Below, piece after piece: positions 1 through 7,231 of a stretch of DNA of 27,702 nucleotides (its first letter is position 1; each line of letters begins with the position of its first letter). The translations under genes and the position numbers were made by a program. Origin of the DNA: a virus (Duplodnaviria; Caudoviricetes); the IMG/VR virus record IMGVR_UViG_3300011417_000023, positions 1 to 27,702 of that record, one strand, 5' to 3'. The notes under the pieces are model-generated. The model saw only the letters and a list, made by a program, of their open reading frames with translations. It ran no database searches and was not told the origin of the DNA.

Positions 1-535
1 AGCCGGTCGCCCCGACCCCGAAGGTCTTAGAGGAGACAAGGATGCGATCGCCACCCCCAAGGCTCTCCTCGGTCCATCCTGAGATTGACGGCGGGGTGGA
101 CGGTGAGCCGACCGCGTCGGACACGTGGAAGCCGACGAGGCAGAGTGTGTCAGCTACGGCGACCGTGACACCGCCGACCGCCAGCGAGGTCGGCTCGGCG
201 GTGTCGACGGCGGGGGTGCCTTCGAGCGGGGTCTGACCGACGTTAGCCCCACGGACGATGAACGACGTCCACCGGATACCGCCGACATCACCGGTCGGCG
301 TCCACGTAGAGGGTTCCGTGCCGTCGCGGACCTTGAAGAACCAGCCGAACCAGCTGAGCGTGAAGCCGCCCTGCATGATCGTGGTGAAGCCGTCGTCCTC
401 GAAGTCCCACGTGGGGGCACCGGAACCGGACAGGTTCACACAGTGGATGACGTAGATGTCGCCGGCCACGCCGCCGGTCGGCCGGTCGACGGCGCCGGCT
501 TCGCCGTAGGTGAGACTTTCGACGACGGCCGGCAT
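1..535 (-). CDS. Putative minor tail/virion protein, partial (runs off left edge; absent from the ORF track)
   Basis: Manual translation from ATG at 535, just after the stop of the 540..1043 gene, is open to base 1: MPAVVESLTYGEAGAVDRPTGGVAGDIYVIHC...WFFKVRDGTEPSTWT...ISGWTEE... The G/T/V-rich beta-type pattern (P-x-G-x3-GD, GWT, K-x4-EP) resembles actinophage minor tail proteins, and codon use is GC3-rich. Confidence 0.7.
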   Translation of the reverse strand, partial: MPAVVESLTYGEAGAVDRPTGGVAGDIYVIHCVNLSGSGAPTWDFEDDGFTTIMQGGFTLSWFGWFFKVRDGTEPSTWTPTGDVGGIRWTSFIVRGANVGQTPLEGTPAVDTAEPTSLAVGGVTVAVADTLCLVGFHVSDAVGSPSTPPSISGWTEESLGGGDRILVSSKTFGVGATG

Positions 536-539
536 AAGC

Positions 540-1043
540 CTAGTCCAGGAGGGAGGTGAGTCCCACCGTGAGATCACCGTTGGTGTAGGTTACGGATGAA
601 CGTGCGACGAGGAGCCCGAAGATCGACGTCGAGGACGTTCCACACACGTAGTCGGCGCTCTGAAACACAACGGATGCAACGGAGTTCGCCGAACCCGGGA
701 AGGCCGCCCAGTCGGTGGTGAGGATCGGCACCCATCCCACATATGAGTCCATGTCGAAGTTCGCGTCGGCGACGTTAACCTGCTGCGAGTCGGTGCTCGT
801 AACCGTAGGTGACGTCACACTCCACACGTGCAGCTCGAGCGCGGCCGTCTGCGCACTGCGGTCGAGGATGCGAAGCAGCGAGAGACGCCCACCCGCGCCG
901 GCGAGTCGCGCGGCTCCCGTGAACGTCATGAGCCCACCGACCTGGTCGCCGGTGACGTACGCGGCTGCGCCGATCGTGGGCGTGACGTCCGGAAGCACCG
1001 CCGAACGAATGCCCCGTACGAACCCTCCGATGCCCTCTCCCAC
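540..1043 (-). CDS. Hypothetical protein, probable virion structural protein (beta-rich)
   Basis: 167-aa ORF; GTG start preceded by GGAGGTGAG; Thr/Ser/Gly/Val-rich; coupled to neighbours. Confidence 0.65.
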   Translation of the reverse strand: MGEGIGGFVRGIRSAVLPDVTPTIGAAAYVTGDQVGGLMTFTGAARLAGAGGRLSLLRILDRSAQTAALELHVWSVTSPTVTSTDSQQVNVADANFDMDSYVGWVPILTTDWAAFPGSANSVASVVFQSADYVCGTSSTSIFGLLVARSSVTYTNGDLTVGLTSLLD

Positions 1044-1046
1044 TTC

Positions 1047-1598
1047 TTACTCACCTCCCAAGCGGTACCTGTTGAAACGCCAACCGTCGGTTACGATAAT
1101 GCAACCCGCGTTGGCCGTGCCCATCGTGACGGTCGCTCGGAACGTGACCGCACTGGCGAATGAGGTCGTAAACGGAGTGCTGTTGCCGCCTACACGTATC
1201 TCTCCAGCGGTTGAGAGCGCTTGCCACTCTGTCTCCGCGGCCTGAGCCTCGAGTGTTTGGTACAGTTCCCACCGAGACTGGGTTTCGGCGATGGTCTTGA
1301 GAAAGCCCGACCACCGCAAGACGTAGGGTCGGTTCGCCGATGACGGAAGAGTGTCGGACGCCCCGCTGTCGGCGATCAGCGATCCACCGATGTAGAGGCG
1401 ATAGCGAAGAGTGACTCCCGCTCCGCTGTTGTTCCAGTTTCGTCCGGGGATAAGGATCTCCCAGAAGTCACCGACTCGAATCACACCCGCCGGGAGAGTG
1501 TAGTTCATAATGTCGAACTCTGCCGTGCTGTTGCCTTGTTGGGCGTTGTCCGTGCTATAAGCGACGATGGTTCCCACGTTGATGGTACGCATCGGCAT
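1047..1598 (-). CDS. Hypothetical protein, probable virion/tail protein
   Basis: 183-aa ORF; ATG overlaps the upstream TAA (TAATG); YTLPAG..GD and alternating beta-strand pattern. Confidence 0.7.
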   Translation of the reverse strand: MPMRTINVGTIVAYSTDNAQQGNSTAEFDIMNYTLPAGVIRVGDFWEILIPGRNWNNSGAGVTLRYRLYIGGSLIADSGASDTLPSSANRPYVLRWSGFLKTIAETQSRWELYQTLEAQAAETEWQALSTAGEIRVGGNSTPFTTSFASAVTFRATVTMGTANAGCIIVTDGWRFNRYRLGGE

Positions 1599-1918
1599 TA
1601 GCGCTCATCTCCGAACGCGTTAAAGCTGACCGTGCTCGAGTTCGCGCGCACCGTGATGACGTCGGACGCGTCACCCGTGATGCCGGCGATGAGGACACCC
1701 GCCCACAGGCCGTCGAGCGGAACGTCGAAGAGGACGTAGTGCTGCGCGGCGATGCCGGCGCCGTTCGGCCTGATCGCAACCCGCACGAGGGCCGAGGTGG
1801 ATACCTGATTGCACACCCACAGCGATGAACACACGAAGCTCATGTTCGCCGGGCACGTGTAGAGGTCGGTGTCGGTGTTGAGCGTCGGGTTTGCCTGCCC
1901 CAGGACCTTGTACGCCAT
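1598..1918 (-). CDS. Small beta-sandwich virion protein (KVLGQ...LYTCP...SFNAFG type)
   Basis: 106 aa; TGATG overlap with upstream gene; pattern LGQ-x8-LYT-x-P...HY-x2-D...SF-x2-FG-x-E resembles small phage structural proteins; paralog of the upstream ORF. Confidence 0.8.
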   Translation of the reverse strand: MAYKVLGQANPTLNTDTDLYTCPANMSFVCSSLWVCNQVSTSALVRVAIRPNGAGIAAQHYVLFDVPLDGLWAGVLIAGITGDASDVITVRANSSTVSFNAFGDER

Positions 1919-2421
1919 CAGCTCGCCGCCGGGAGTTCGACGCCGAACACCGAGAACGAGCAGTGACCCTTGATGCGAATCGTCGCGCCCGCGTCGAGCG
2001 GAAGGGTGACGGTGCGAACCTCCTCGCTGTCGAAGGGAATGTCGTACCAGATGTAGTGGCGAGGCTGGGTGAGGTTGTTCGAGTCGGGGTTGACGACCGA
2101 CATGCGAAGGGAAAGCTCGGCGGTCGGGAAGAACCCAAGCACGGCCGTCGTGATGACGACGGTCACGTACGCGCTGTAGCCGTCGGGCACGGTGTACGCG
2201 ACGACCTCCGTCTGGGATCGTCCCTGATTCTGCCCGAGAAGGCGCGTGGCGACCGGCGCCGCCTGCTGGTTCGACCGCACGGTGCCGTACGCGAAGAGTT
2301 CCCAGTTCTCTCGGTTCCAGAACGGGTACATGTAGCGCGTGGACTGGGGTGGACGAAAGCGTCGCAGCCCGTGACGGCGCGCCGCCTGCACACTTCCGGT
2401 TCCCGCTCCGCTCTGCGCCAT
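1918..2421 (-). CDS. Virion protein, paralog of 1598..1918 with N-terminal extension
   Basis: Start moved to ATG at 2421 (TGATG overlap with upstream stop), 167 aa. C-terminal ~105 aa align with the downstream ORF (LLGQ/VLGQ, YTVP/YTCP, HYIWYDIP/HYVLFDVP, SFSVFGVE/SFNAFGDE). Confidence 0.75.
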   Translation of the reverse strand: MAQSGAGTGSVQAARRHGLRRFRPPQSTRYMYPFWNRENWELFAYGTVRSNQQAAPVATRLLGQNQGRSQTEVVAYTVPDGYSAYVTVVITTAVLGFFPTAELSLRMSVVNPDSNNLTQPRHYIWYDIPFDSEEVRTVTLPLDAGATIRIKGHCSFSVFGVELPAAS

Positions 2422-3245
2422 CAGCCGTACACCACCGTGATGCGGCCCCACACCGTGACGGCGGTCGTGACCGAGGCGAGGATCATGAGCCCAAGTGACG
2501 CACCGTCGAACACGCGCTGCATGGGCGGGAAGTCATACATCAGGGAGACCTTGTTCTCGATGTTCGCGATCAGGCCCAGTGAGCAGAGCTTCTTCTGCAG
2601 CACAACGGTCGCGACACCCGCCGACGCGGCCGTTGCCACGTTGATGGTGGAGATGGCCTGCACACCCTTCTCGCCCGCGACCTCGGGGAGCTGAAGTGCG
2701 GTGTGCGCGTCCGTCGCCGCTGCCGGAAACGTCAGTGAACCACCGGCGAGGCCCGATGAACCGTCACCCGAGGTGTACGAGTTCATCGAGAGGATCGGTG
2801 CGGTCGTCGTCGTGGCCGTGGTGACCTCGAGCCAAGCCTCCACATCGGCGGAGGGACCGTTGCCCGCGTAGCGCGGAAGAGCCACGGAGGACACGGTCTT
2901 GTTGCCCGTGCTGCTGAGGGCGATACCCGACACACCGACGAGGCGGTCGTACAGCAGCAGCGTGCAGTTCTGGGTTGCACGTGCCTCGAAGAGGATCGCG
3001 AACTTGAAGTCAGATGACTGGTCGGTGAAGAACATCGACCCGACGGCGTCGTCGTACGCGGTGCCCGGTGTAGTGGCTGGGTCCGCGCCCGCACCGGGGC
3101 GACCCGTCGCCTTCCACAGCGTCTGATGCTGACCCGCGGCCTCGGCGGCCGCGGGCGCGATCTTCATGAACTGGTACTCGTAGACCTTGCCGAACTGGGT
3201 CGTTTCGGCGATGACGTCGTCGTACCCGGTGAAGCCTGGCATCAC
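2421..3245 (-). CDS. Hypothetical phage structural protein (LLLYDRL motif)
   Basis: 274 aa; strong RBS AAGGAGG before GTG/ATG (ATG at 3242 is an alternative start); Thr/Ala/Gly-rich; lies in the structural gene run. Confidence 0.75.
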   Translation of the reverse strand: MMPGFTGYDDVIAETTQFGKVYEYQFMKIAPAAAEAAGQHQTLWKATGRPGAGADPATTPGTAYDDAVGSMFFTDQSSDFKFAILFEARATQNCTLLLYDRLVGVSGIALSSTGNKTVSSVALPRYAGNGPSADVEAWLEVTTATTTTAPILSMNSYTSGDGSSGLAGGSLTFPAAATDAHTALQLPEVAGEKGVQAISTINVATAASAGVATVVLQKKLCSLGLIANIENKVSLMYDFPPMQRVFDGASLGLMILASVTTAVTVWGRITVVYG

Positions 3246-3273
3246 CCCTCCTTAGGAGCGTAGGGGGTGAGGC

Positions 3274-3744
3274 TTACTCCTCCCACTCGAACGACAGCAC
3301 GTACAGGTGCGAGGCGGGAAGAGCGTTGCCGACGTTCTGCACCGCGATGCCGTTCGCCGTGCCCTGGTCACAGATGAGCTCTTCCTGGAACTCCCACGGA
3401 ACGTCCATCGCCGACTGCGTGTTGATGGTGGGCTTCGCGAGGAAGTTCGCCGACACCGTCGGGTTGCCCGACCACGTGAAGTCGAGGCCCGTGATGACGG
3501 ATGCACCGGAGCGCGGATCCATCGGGATACCGGCGGAGTTGCCGGTCTGGGTGCCACGCGCCGTGGCGCGGGCGATGCCCACCGTCACCTGCTGTGACGT
3601 TGGGACGGATGCACCGGCGCGAACGCCGATGATGATGCGACGCAGCTTGTAGTTGGCCGACGCGCCCGCGACGAGGTTGCCGAACGTCGTGGGCGCAGCG
3701 GCGAGGGCGGCCGCAGATTCGGTCGTCACCTTGAAGCGGGCCAT
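3274..3744 (-). CDS. Hypothetical beta-rich virion protein
   Basis: 156 aa; RBS AAGGAG upstream; ends in a beta strand FEWEE as in small jelly-roll-like phage proteins. Confidence 0.7.
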   Translation of the reverse strand: MARFKVTTESAAALAAAPTTFGNLVAGASANYKLRRIIIGVRAGASVPTSQQVTVGIARATARGTQTGNSAGIPMDPRSGASVITGLDFTWSGNPTVSANFLAKPTINTQSAMDVPWEFQEELICDQGTANGIAVQNVGNALPASHLYVLSFEWEE

Positions 3745-3747
3745 TGC

Positions 3748-3975
3748 TTACTCCTTCTCGCTTGGGTTGGGCCAGACCTGCGCCCGGATGGTTACCTCGA
3801 GGACCTGCTCGTCCGCGTAGACGAAGATGCTTGCCCGTCCTCGATCCATACCCGCGGCCCCGTTCACGTAGCCTTCGAGGATCGCGAGCACATTCTCATC
3901 GGCGACTCCCGCTCCGGTCGCGGCGGACCGCGCATCCTCGAGGGTCGCGAACTCGAACTCCTTGATGTCTGCCAC
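3748..3975 (-). CDS. Hypothetical protein
   Basis: 75 aa; GTG with upstream AGGAG; fills the gap between neighbours. Confidence 0.65.
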   Translation of the reverse strand: MADIKEFEFATLEDARSAATGAGVADENVLAILEGYVNGAAGMDRGRASIFVYADEQVLEVTIRAQVWPNPSEKE

Positions 3976-3986
3976 AGGTCGTTCTC

Positions 3987-4433
3987 CTACGTGGCTCGAA
4001 TGACGTCGTTGGGTGTGTTCACCGTGAAGTCACCACCGTTGGTGACCTGCGGGAAGTTGCTGTCGTGGAAGCTGATCAGGTTGCGGGTCGCATCCGTACC
4101 GCCACCCTCCTCGTAGAACACGACGGCCCGCGCGGTCCAGCCGCTGGCGCCGTTCCACGTGATGGAGTCGCTGTCGAGGTTGGCGCGGTTGTTCACATCA
4201 TCCTGCGTGACGGTTCGTGATGTGACGAGCTTGCGGGCGTAGCCCGTGCCGCTGGCCTCGAGGATACCGGTCAGCGCTAGCAGTGCGGCGACCGTGAGAA
4301 GGTCGGGATCGAACATCTGCGACGGGGTGGTCGCGTTCGTACCGATCACCAGTGCACGGATGTCGGTGGTATCCCAGTCGAGAAGACCCGACGTGAAGCG
4401 CACCTTCGCGACGTTGTAGACCGTCTCACTCAT
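3987..4433 (-). CDS. Putative tail-associated virion protein
   Basis: 148 aa with pattern YN-x-AK...LDWDTTDIRALV...E-x-SGTGY...D-x-ITW...TNGGDFTV, which I recognise as recurrent in small phage tail-associated proteins. Confidence 0.7.
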   Translation of the reverse strand: MSETVYNVAKVRFTSGLLDWDTTDIRALVIGTNATTPSQMFDPDLLTVAALLALTGILEASGTGYARKLVTSRTVTQDDVNNRANLDSDSITWNGASGWTARAVVFYEEGGGTDATRNLISFHDSNFPQVTNGGDFTVNTPNDVIRAT

Positions 4434-4623
4434 CGGTGATCACGTCCCCTCGACTTGGGACAACATCGGTGAGTGCACCCGTCTCGACGTCGAGGACCGT
4501 GAACACGATGTCCGTCTCGTCGGCACGAAAGCTGATCGCATCCACGACGCCTTGCCCTTCGATGGGTTCATCTCCATCGACCAGGACAAGCTTGTAGGTG
4601 ACGTTGCCTCCGAGGTCGGGCAC
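4426..4623 (-). CDS. Hypothetical protein
   Basis: 65 aa, acidic; overlaps the next start by 8 nt; preceded by a leaderless-type -10 box. Confidence 0.55.
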   Translation of the reverse strand: MPDLGGNVTYKLVLVDGDEPIEGQGVVDAISFRADETDIVFTVLDVETGALTDVVPSRGDVITDE

Positions 4624-4629
4624 GGGCTA

Positions 4630-4635
4630 ACTGTA
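4630..4635 (-). promoter_or_regulatory. Putative -10 element (TACAGT) of a leaderless promoter
   Basis: Minus strand TACAGT-TAGCCC-GTG: TAnnnT hexamer 6 nt before the start codon, in an intergenic gap. Confidence 0.5.
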
Positions 4636-4670
4636 CCTTCACTTGGTGTCGAGGGGCGAGTCGCTTCCAC

Positions 4671-5372
4671 CTACACCTGCGGCTTGGGAATGCCGAGGTG
4701 GGCGAGGACGGCGTCCATGCTTGCCTCGAGTTGAAGAACGCGACCGGCGACGAGGTCGTCGTGATCGTCACCGTAGAGCCCGATGTAGTTCGCGTCGATC
4801 TTGGCGCGAATGTCCTTTGCACCCTGCGGTCCGATGCCGAAGTAGTCGTCGAGCGTCTTCAGCACCTTGTCCAGCTTCGCTTCCTGTGTAGGGGTCATGT
4901 CCTGGGCTCCTGGTCTGAAGGCGGCCTCGATCTGCGCCGAGGTGAGCGTACGTGATGACGAACGGTTGAGCTCGATGTGAATGTGATTCTGATGCAGCTT
5001 TCCCAGCGAGACGGACACACCGCGCCAGCCGGTGTCGCATCGCCACTCATCACTCTTGTAGAGAACGCGTTGCACACCGAGTGCCACGTGATTCTGCACG
5101 ATGAGTTGACGCCACATACGAATGATGGTGTCCGCCGGTGAGCCGGGTGGAATAGGCGCCGGGTTCGGTGCACCCGATGGGAGCGCGGCATTGATGTCCA
5201 TCGCGCGTCCCTCCGCGTGCACCGACCAACCCATCACCTGCAGGCGGGGCGGTCGGCAGGCGTAGATGCCGTTACCCGCGAGGTTGGGTGATCGCTTGAG
5301 GATGTAGTCGTACAACGCTCTTGCACCCCGCATCTCACGGGTGCAGGAGGTTGCCTTCTCGTAGCAACTCAC
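4671..5372 (-). CDS. Endolysin, Zn-dependent peptidase of the M15/LAS type
   Basis: Motifs SVHAEGRAMD (S-x-H-x2-G-x-A-x-D) and HQNHIHIE (HxH) supply the His/Asp/His Zn ligands; directly downstream of a holin-like gene. Confidence 0.75.
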   Translation of the reverse strand: MSCYEKATSCTREMRGARALYDYILKRSPNLAGNGIYACRPPRLQVMGWSVHAEGRAMDINAALPSGAPNPAPIPPGSPADTIIRMWRQLIVQNHVALGVQRVLYKSDEWRCDTGWRGVSVSLGKLHQNHIHIELNRSSSRTLTSAQIEAAFRPGAQDMTPTQEAKLDKVLKTLDDYFGIGPQGAKDIRAKIDANYIGLYGDDHDDLVAGRVLQLEASMDAVLAHLGIPKPQV

Positions 5373-5710
5373 TTGATGAGCGGCGGCTTGCTGGCGTCGT
5401 CGTTGTTATCGCGGGCCTGCTTGAAGTCCACGATGACGGATGCAACCGAACCGAGCACGAGGCCGAGCAGCAGCTTGGTGGGCGCGTCCATGTTCTCCAG
5501 ATTGATCTCAGCGACGGTGACCGTGTCACCGAACTGAGACTCTCCGTAGAGGAACACGGCGGCGATCATCCCAACCCACGACACCAGCTGCGTGACGATG
5601 GCCGACTTCTGCGTGCTGAAGTTCGACAACTGCCGTAGGAAGTCGACGAACTTGATGCCAAGGGTGGATAGACCCACCAGTCCTGCGATGAGGACGAGGG
5701 GTTCTGTCAT
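5369..5710 (-). CDS. Putative holin
   Basis: 113 aa with three hydrophobic segments and a charged C-terminus; GTGA overlap with the endolysin; RBS AGGAG. Confidence 0.65.
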   Translation of the reverse strand: MTEPLVLIAGLVGLSTLGIKFVDFLRQLSNFSTQKSAIVTQLVSWVGMIAAVFLYGESQFGDTVTVAEINLENMDAPTKLLLGLVLGSVASVIVDFKQARDNNDDASKPPLIK

Positions 5711-5719
5711 GTAAGGCTC

Positions 5720-6265
5720 CTATGCTGTAATCGGACCAAGATTGGTCGCTTGGATGAGACTGCGAATCGTGTTGGCAGCAGCGGATAATGTGCACGACGC
5801 AACCGGGTTGCGGTAGAGACCGCGGAACGTCACCTGATCCGCCGCAACGTCGGCGGGTTGCACAAGGTAACGACGCCCGATGTGAGCGCCGTACAACGCT
5901 TGACCCGAACCCTGCACCTGGAACGACTCGACGCAGCCCAAGTCTGCGTCACCCGTGCTACCGCTGATACGGTTCACGACCGTAGCACTCACCACGGTGC
6001 CGATGTCGAGACACACCTGCGCGTTTGCGGCGAACGCGTTCGGGTAGGTGGCAAGCATCAGGTCAACGACGTCACCGGCCTCGGCGTCGACCGCAACCTC
6101 ATAGCCGGTCATCGTCGCCCAGGTTGCACTGTTCGCGGCAACGTCGGCAGTGACGACGGTCTGCGCGTGGTCCTTGACGCCGACACCACCCGATGGGGTG
6201 ACGCCTCCACACCCAGTGTCACACGAACTTGTCGGCGCCCCGGGCGAGTAGTTGGTTCGGCTCAT
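5720..6265 (-). CDS. Hypothetical protein, probable virion accessory protein
   Basis: 181 aa; RBS AAGGA; Ala/Thr/Gly/Val-rich beta pattern; follows the capsid genes. Confidence 0.65.
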   Translation of the reverse strand: MSRTNYSPGAPTSSCDTGCGGVTPSGGVGVKDHAQTVVTADVAANSATWATMTGYEVAVDAEAGDVVDLMLATYPNAFAANAQVCLDIGTVVSATVVNRISGSTGDADLGCVESFQVQGSGQALYGAHIGRRYLVQPADVAADQVTFRGLYRNPVASCTLSAAANTIRSLIQATNLGPITA

Positions 6266-6273
6266 AAGAGTCC

Positions 6274-7167
6274 TTAGTAGAGCGACCGGTCGATCTGGAT
6301 GCCGACGTGCATGTACTGCTCCCAGGCGACGACGACCTCACGCTCGGCGTACACCACTGTGTGGTTGCGCAGTGCGTCCGTGACGGCCGACCACGCACCT
6401 TCATCCTCGGGATCATCGGGAATGTTCGGGATGGTCAACACCGGACCCAACCGGATCTGCGGCACGGGGGTCGCATACGCCCACACGACGTCGGGTGTAG
6501 CGGGTTGCCCACCCGGACCTTGACCCGTGTAGCCGCGCCCGGGCACGATGAGGTTGCCCATGGGGCTGACGAATCGTTGTCCGCCGCGTAGGCCCGGTTC
6601 CTTCGTGACGGAGCAGGTCTCCATCCACGGGACGATCTCGAACGGGCGAACGTGGAAGACGGCCTGCTGCCCGACGGAGACGTCGGCGACGATGTCCTCG
6701 AGCGCGGCGAGTGCGCTGCGCGGTGAGAGTGGACCGCCCGCCGGGGTCGCGTCCACGAAGTTCGGGTTGCCGCCCGAGAGGGCGATAGCCTGCGTGCAGA
6801 TGCCGAGGCTGTTTGTGTAGATCTCGTGCTCGATCAGCTTCGCCTGCGCGGCCTCGAGCTTGCGGGTCACGCGACCCATCCAGTCGCGGGCCTCGAAGGC
6901 GAAGGTGCTGCTGCGATCCGCGGCCCAGACGATGAACGAGCAGAAGCACTCGGTGCCGCACTCGTAGGAGGTGTCCTTCGTTACCTCACCGTCGGTGCAG
7001 ACGCCCTCCATGACGCCCGTGTTCTCGTTGCCCGAACCCTCGGGCAGCCAGCAGAAGCCGTTGGCCCAGTGAAGGTCGGGATCGAAGGTCTCGGGAACCG
7101 TGGTGAGCAGGCTGACGCTGGGCGGCAGCATGGGAGGTGCGTTGCGGGCCTCCACAGGGTTGGGCAT
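6274..7167 (-). CDS. Second capsid protein (major capsid pentamer-like)
   Basis: 297 aa directly after the major capsid; motifs W-x-NG, F-x-V-x-A, SPMGNLIVPGRGY, W-x-YAT, N-x5-AER-x-VV-x-W resemble the pentamer protein of Rosebush/cluster-B-like actinophages. Confidence 0.65.
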   Translation of the reverse strand: MPNPVEARNAPPMLPPSVSLLTTVPETFDPDLHWANGFCWLPEGSGNENTGVMEGVCTDGEVTKDTSYECGTECFCSFIVWAADRSSTFAFEARDWMGRVTRKLEAAQAKLIEHEIYTNSLGICTQAIALSGGNPNFVDATPAGGPLSPRSALAALEDIVADVSVGQQAVFHVRPFEIVPWMETCSVTKEPGLRGGQRFVSPMGNLIVPGRGYTGQGPGGQPATPDVVWAYATPVPQIRLGPVLTIPNIPDDPEDEGAWSAVTDALRNHTVVYAEREVVVAWEQYMHVGIQIDRSLY

Positions 7168-7193
7168 GACACCATCCTCGCTCGTGGGTGGGA

Positions 7194-7215
7194 GGGAGGG
7201 GCCGTAGCCCCTCCC
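7194..7215 (-). terminator. GC-rich hairpin after the major capsid gene (terminator lacking a U-tract, or mRNA-stabilising stem)
   Basis: Minus strand GGGAGGGGC-TACG-GCCCCTCCC: perfect 9-bp stem with a C(UACG)G tetraloop, 16 nt past the capsid stop. Confidence 0.7.
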
Positions 7216-7231
7216 CTAGGACCACCTTGAA

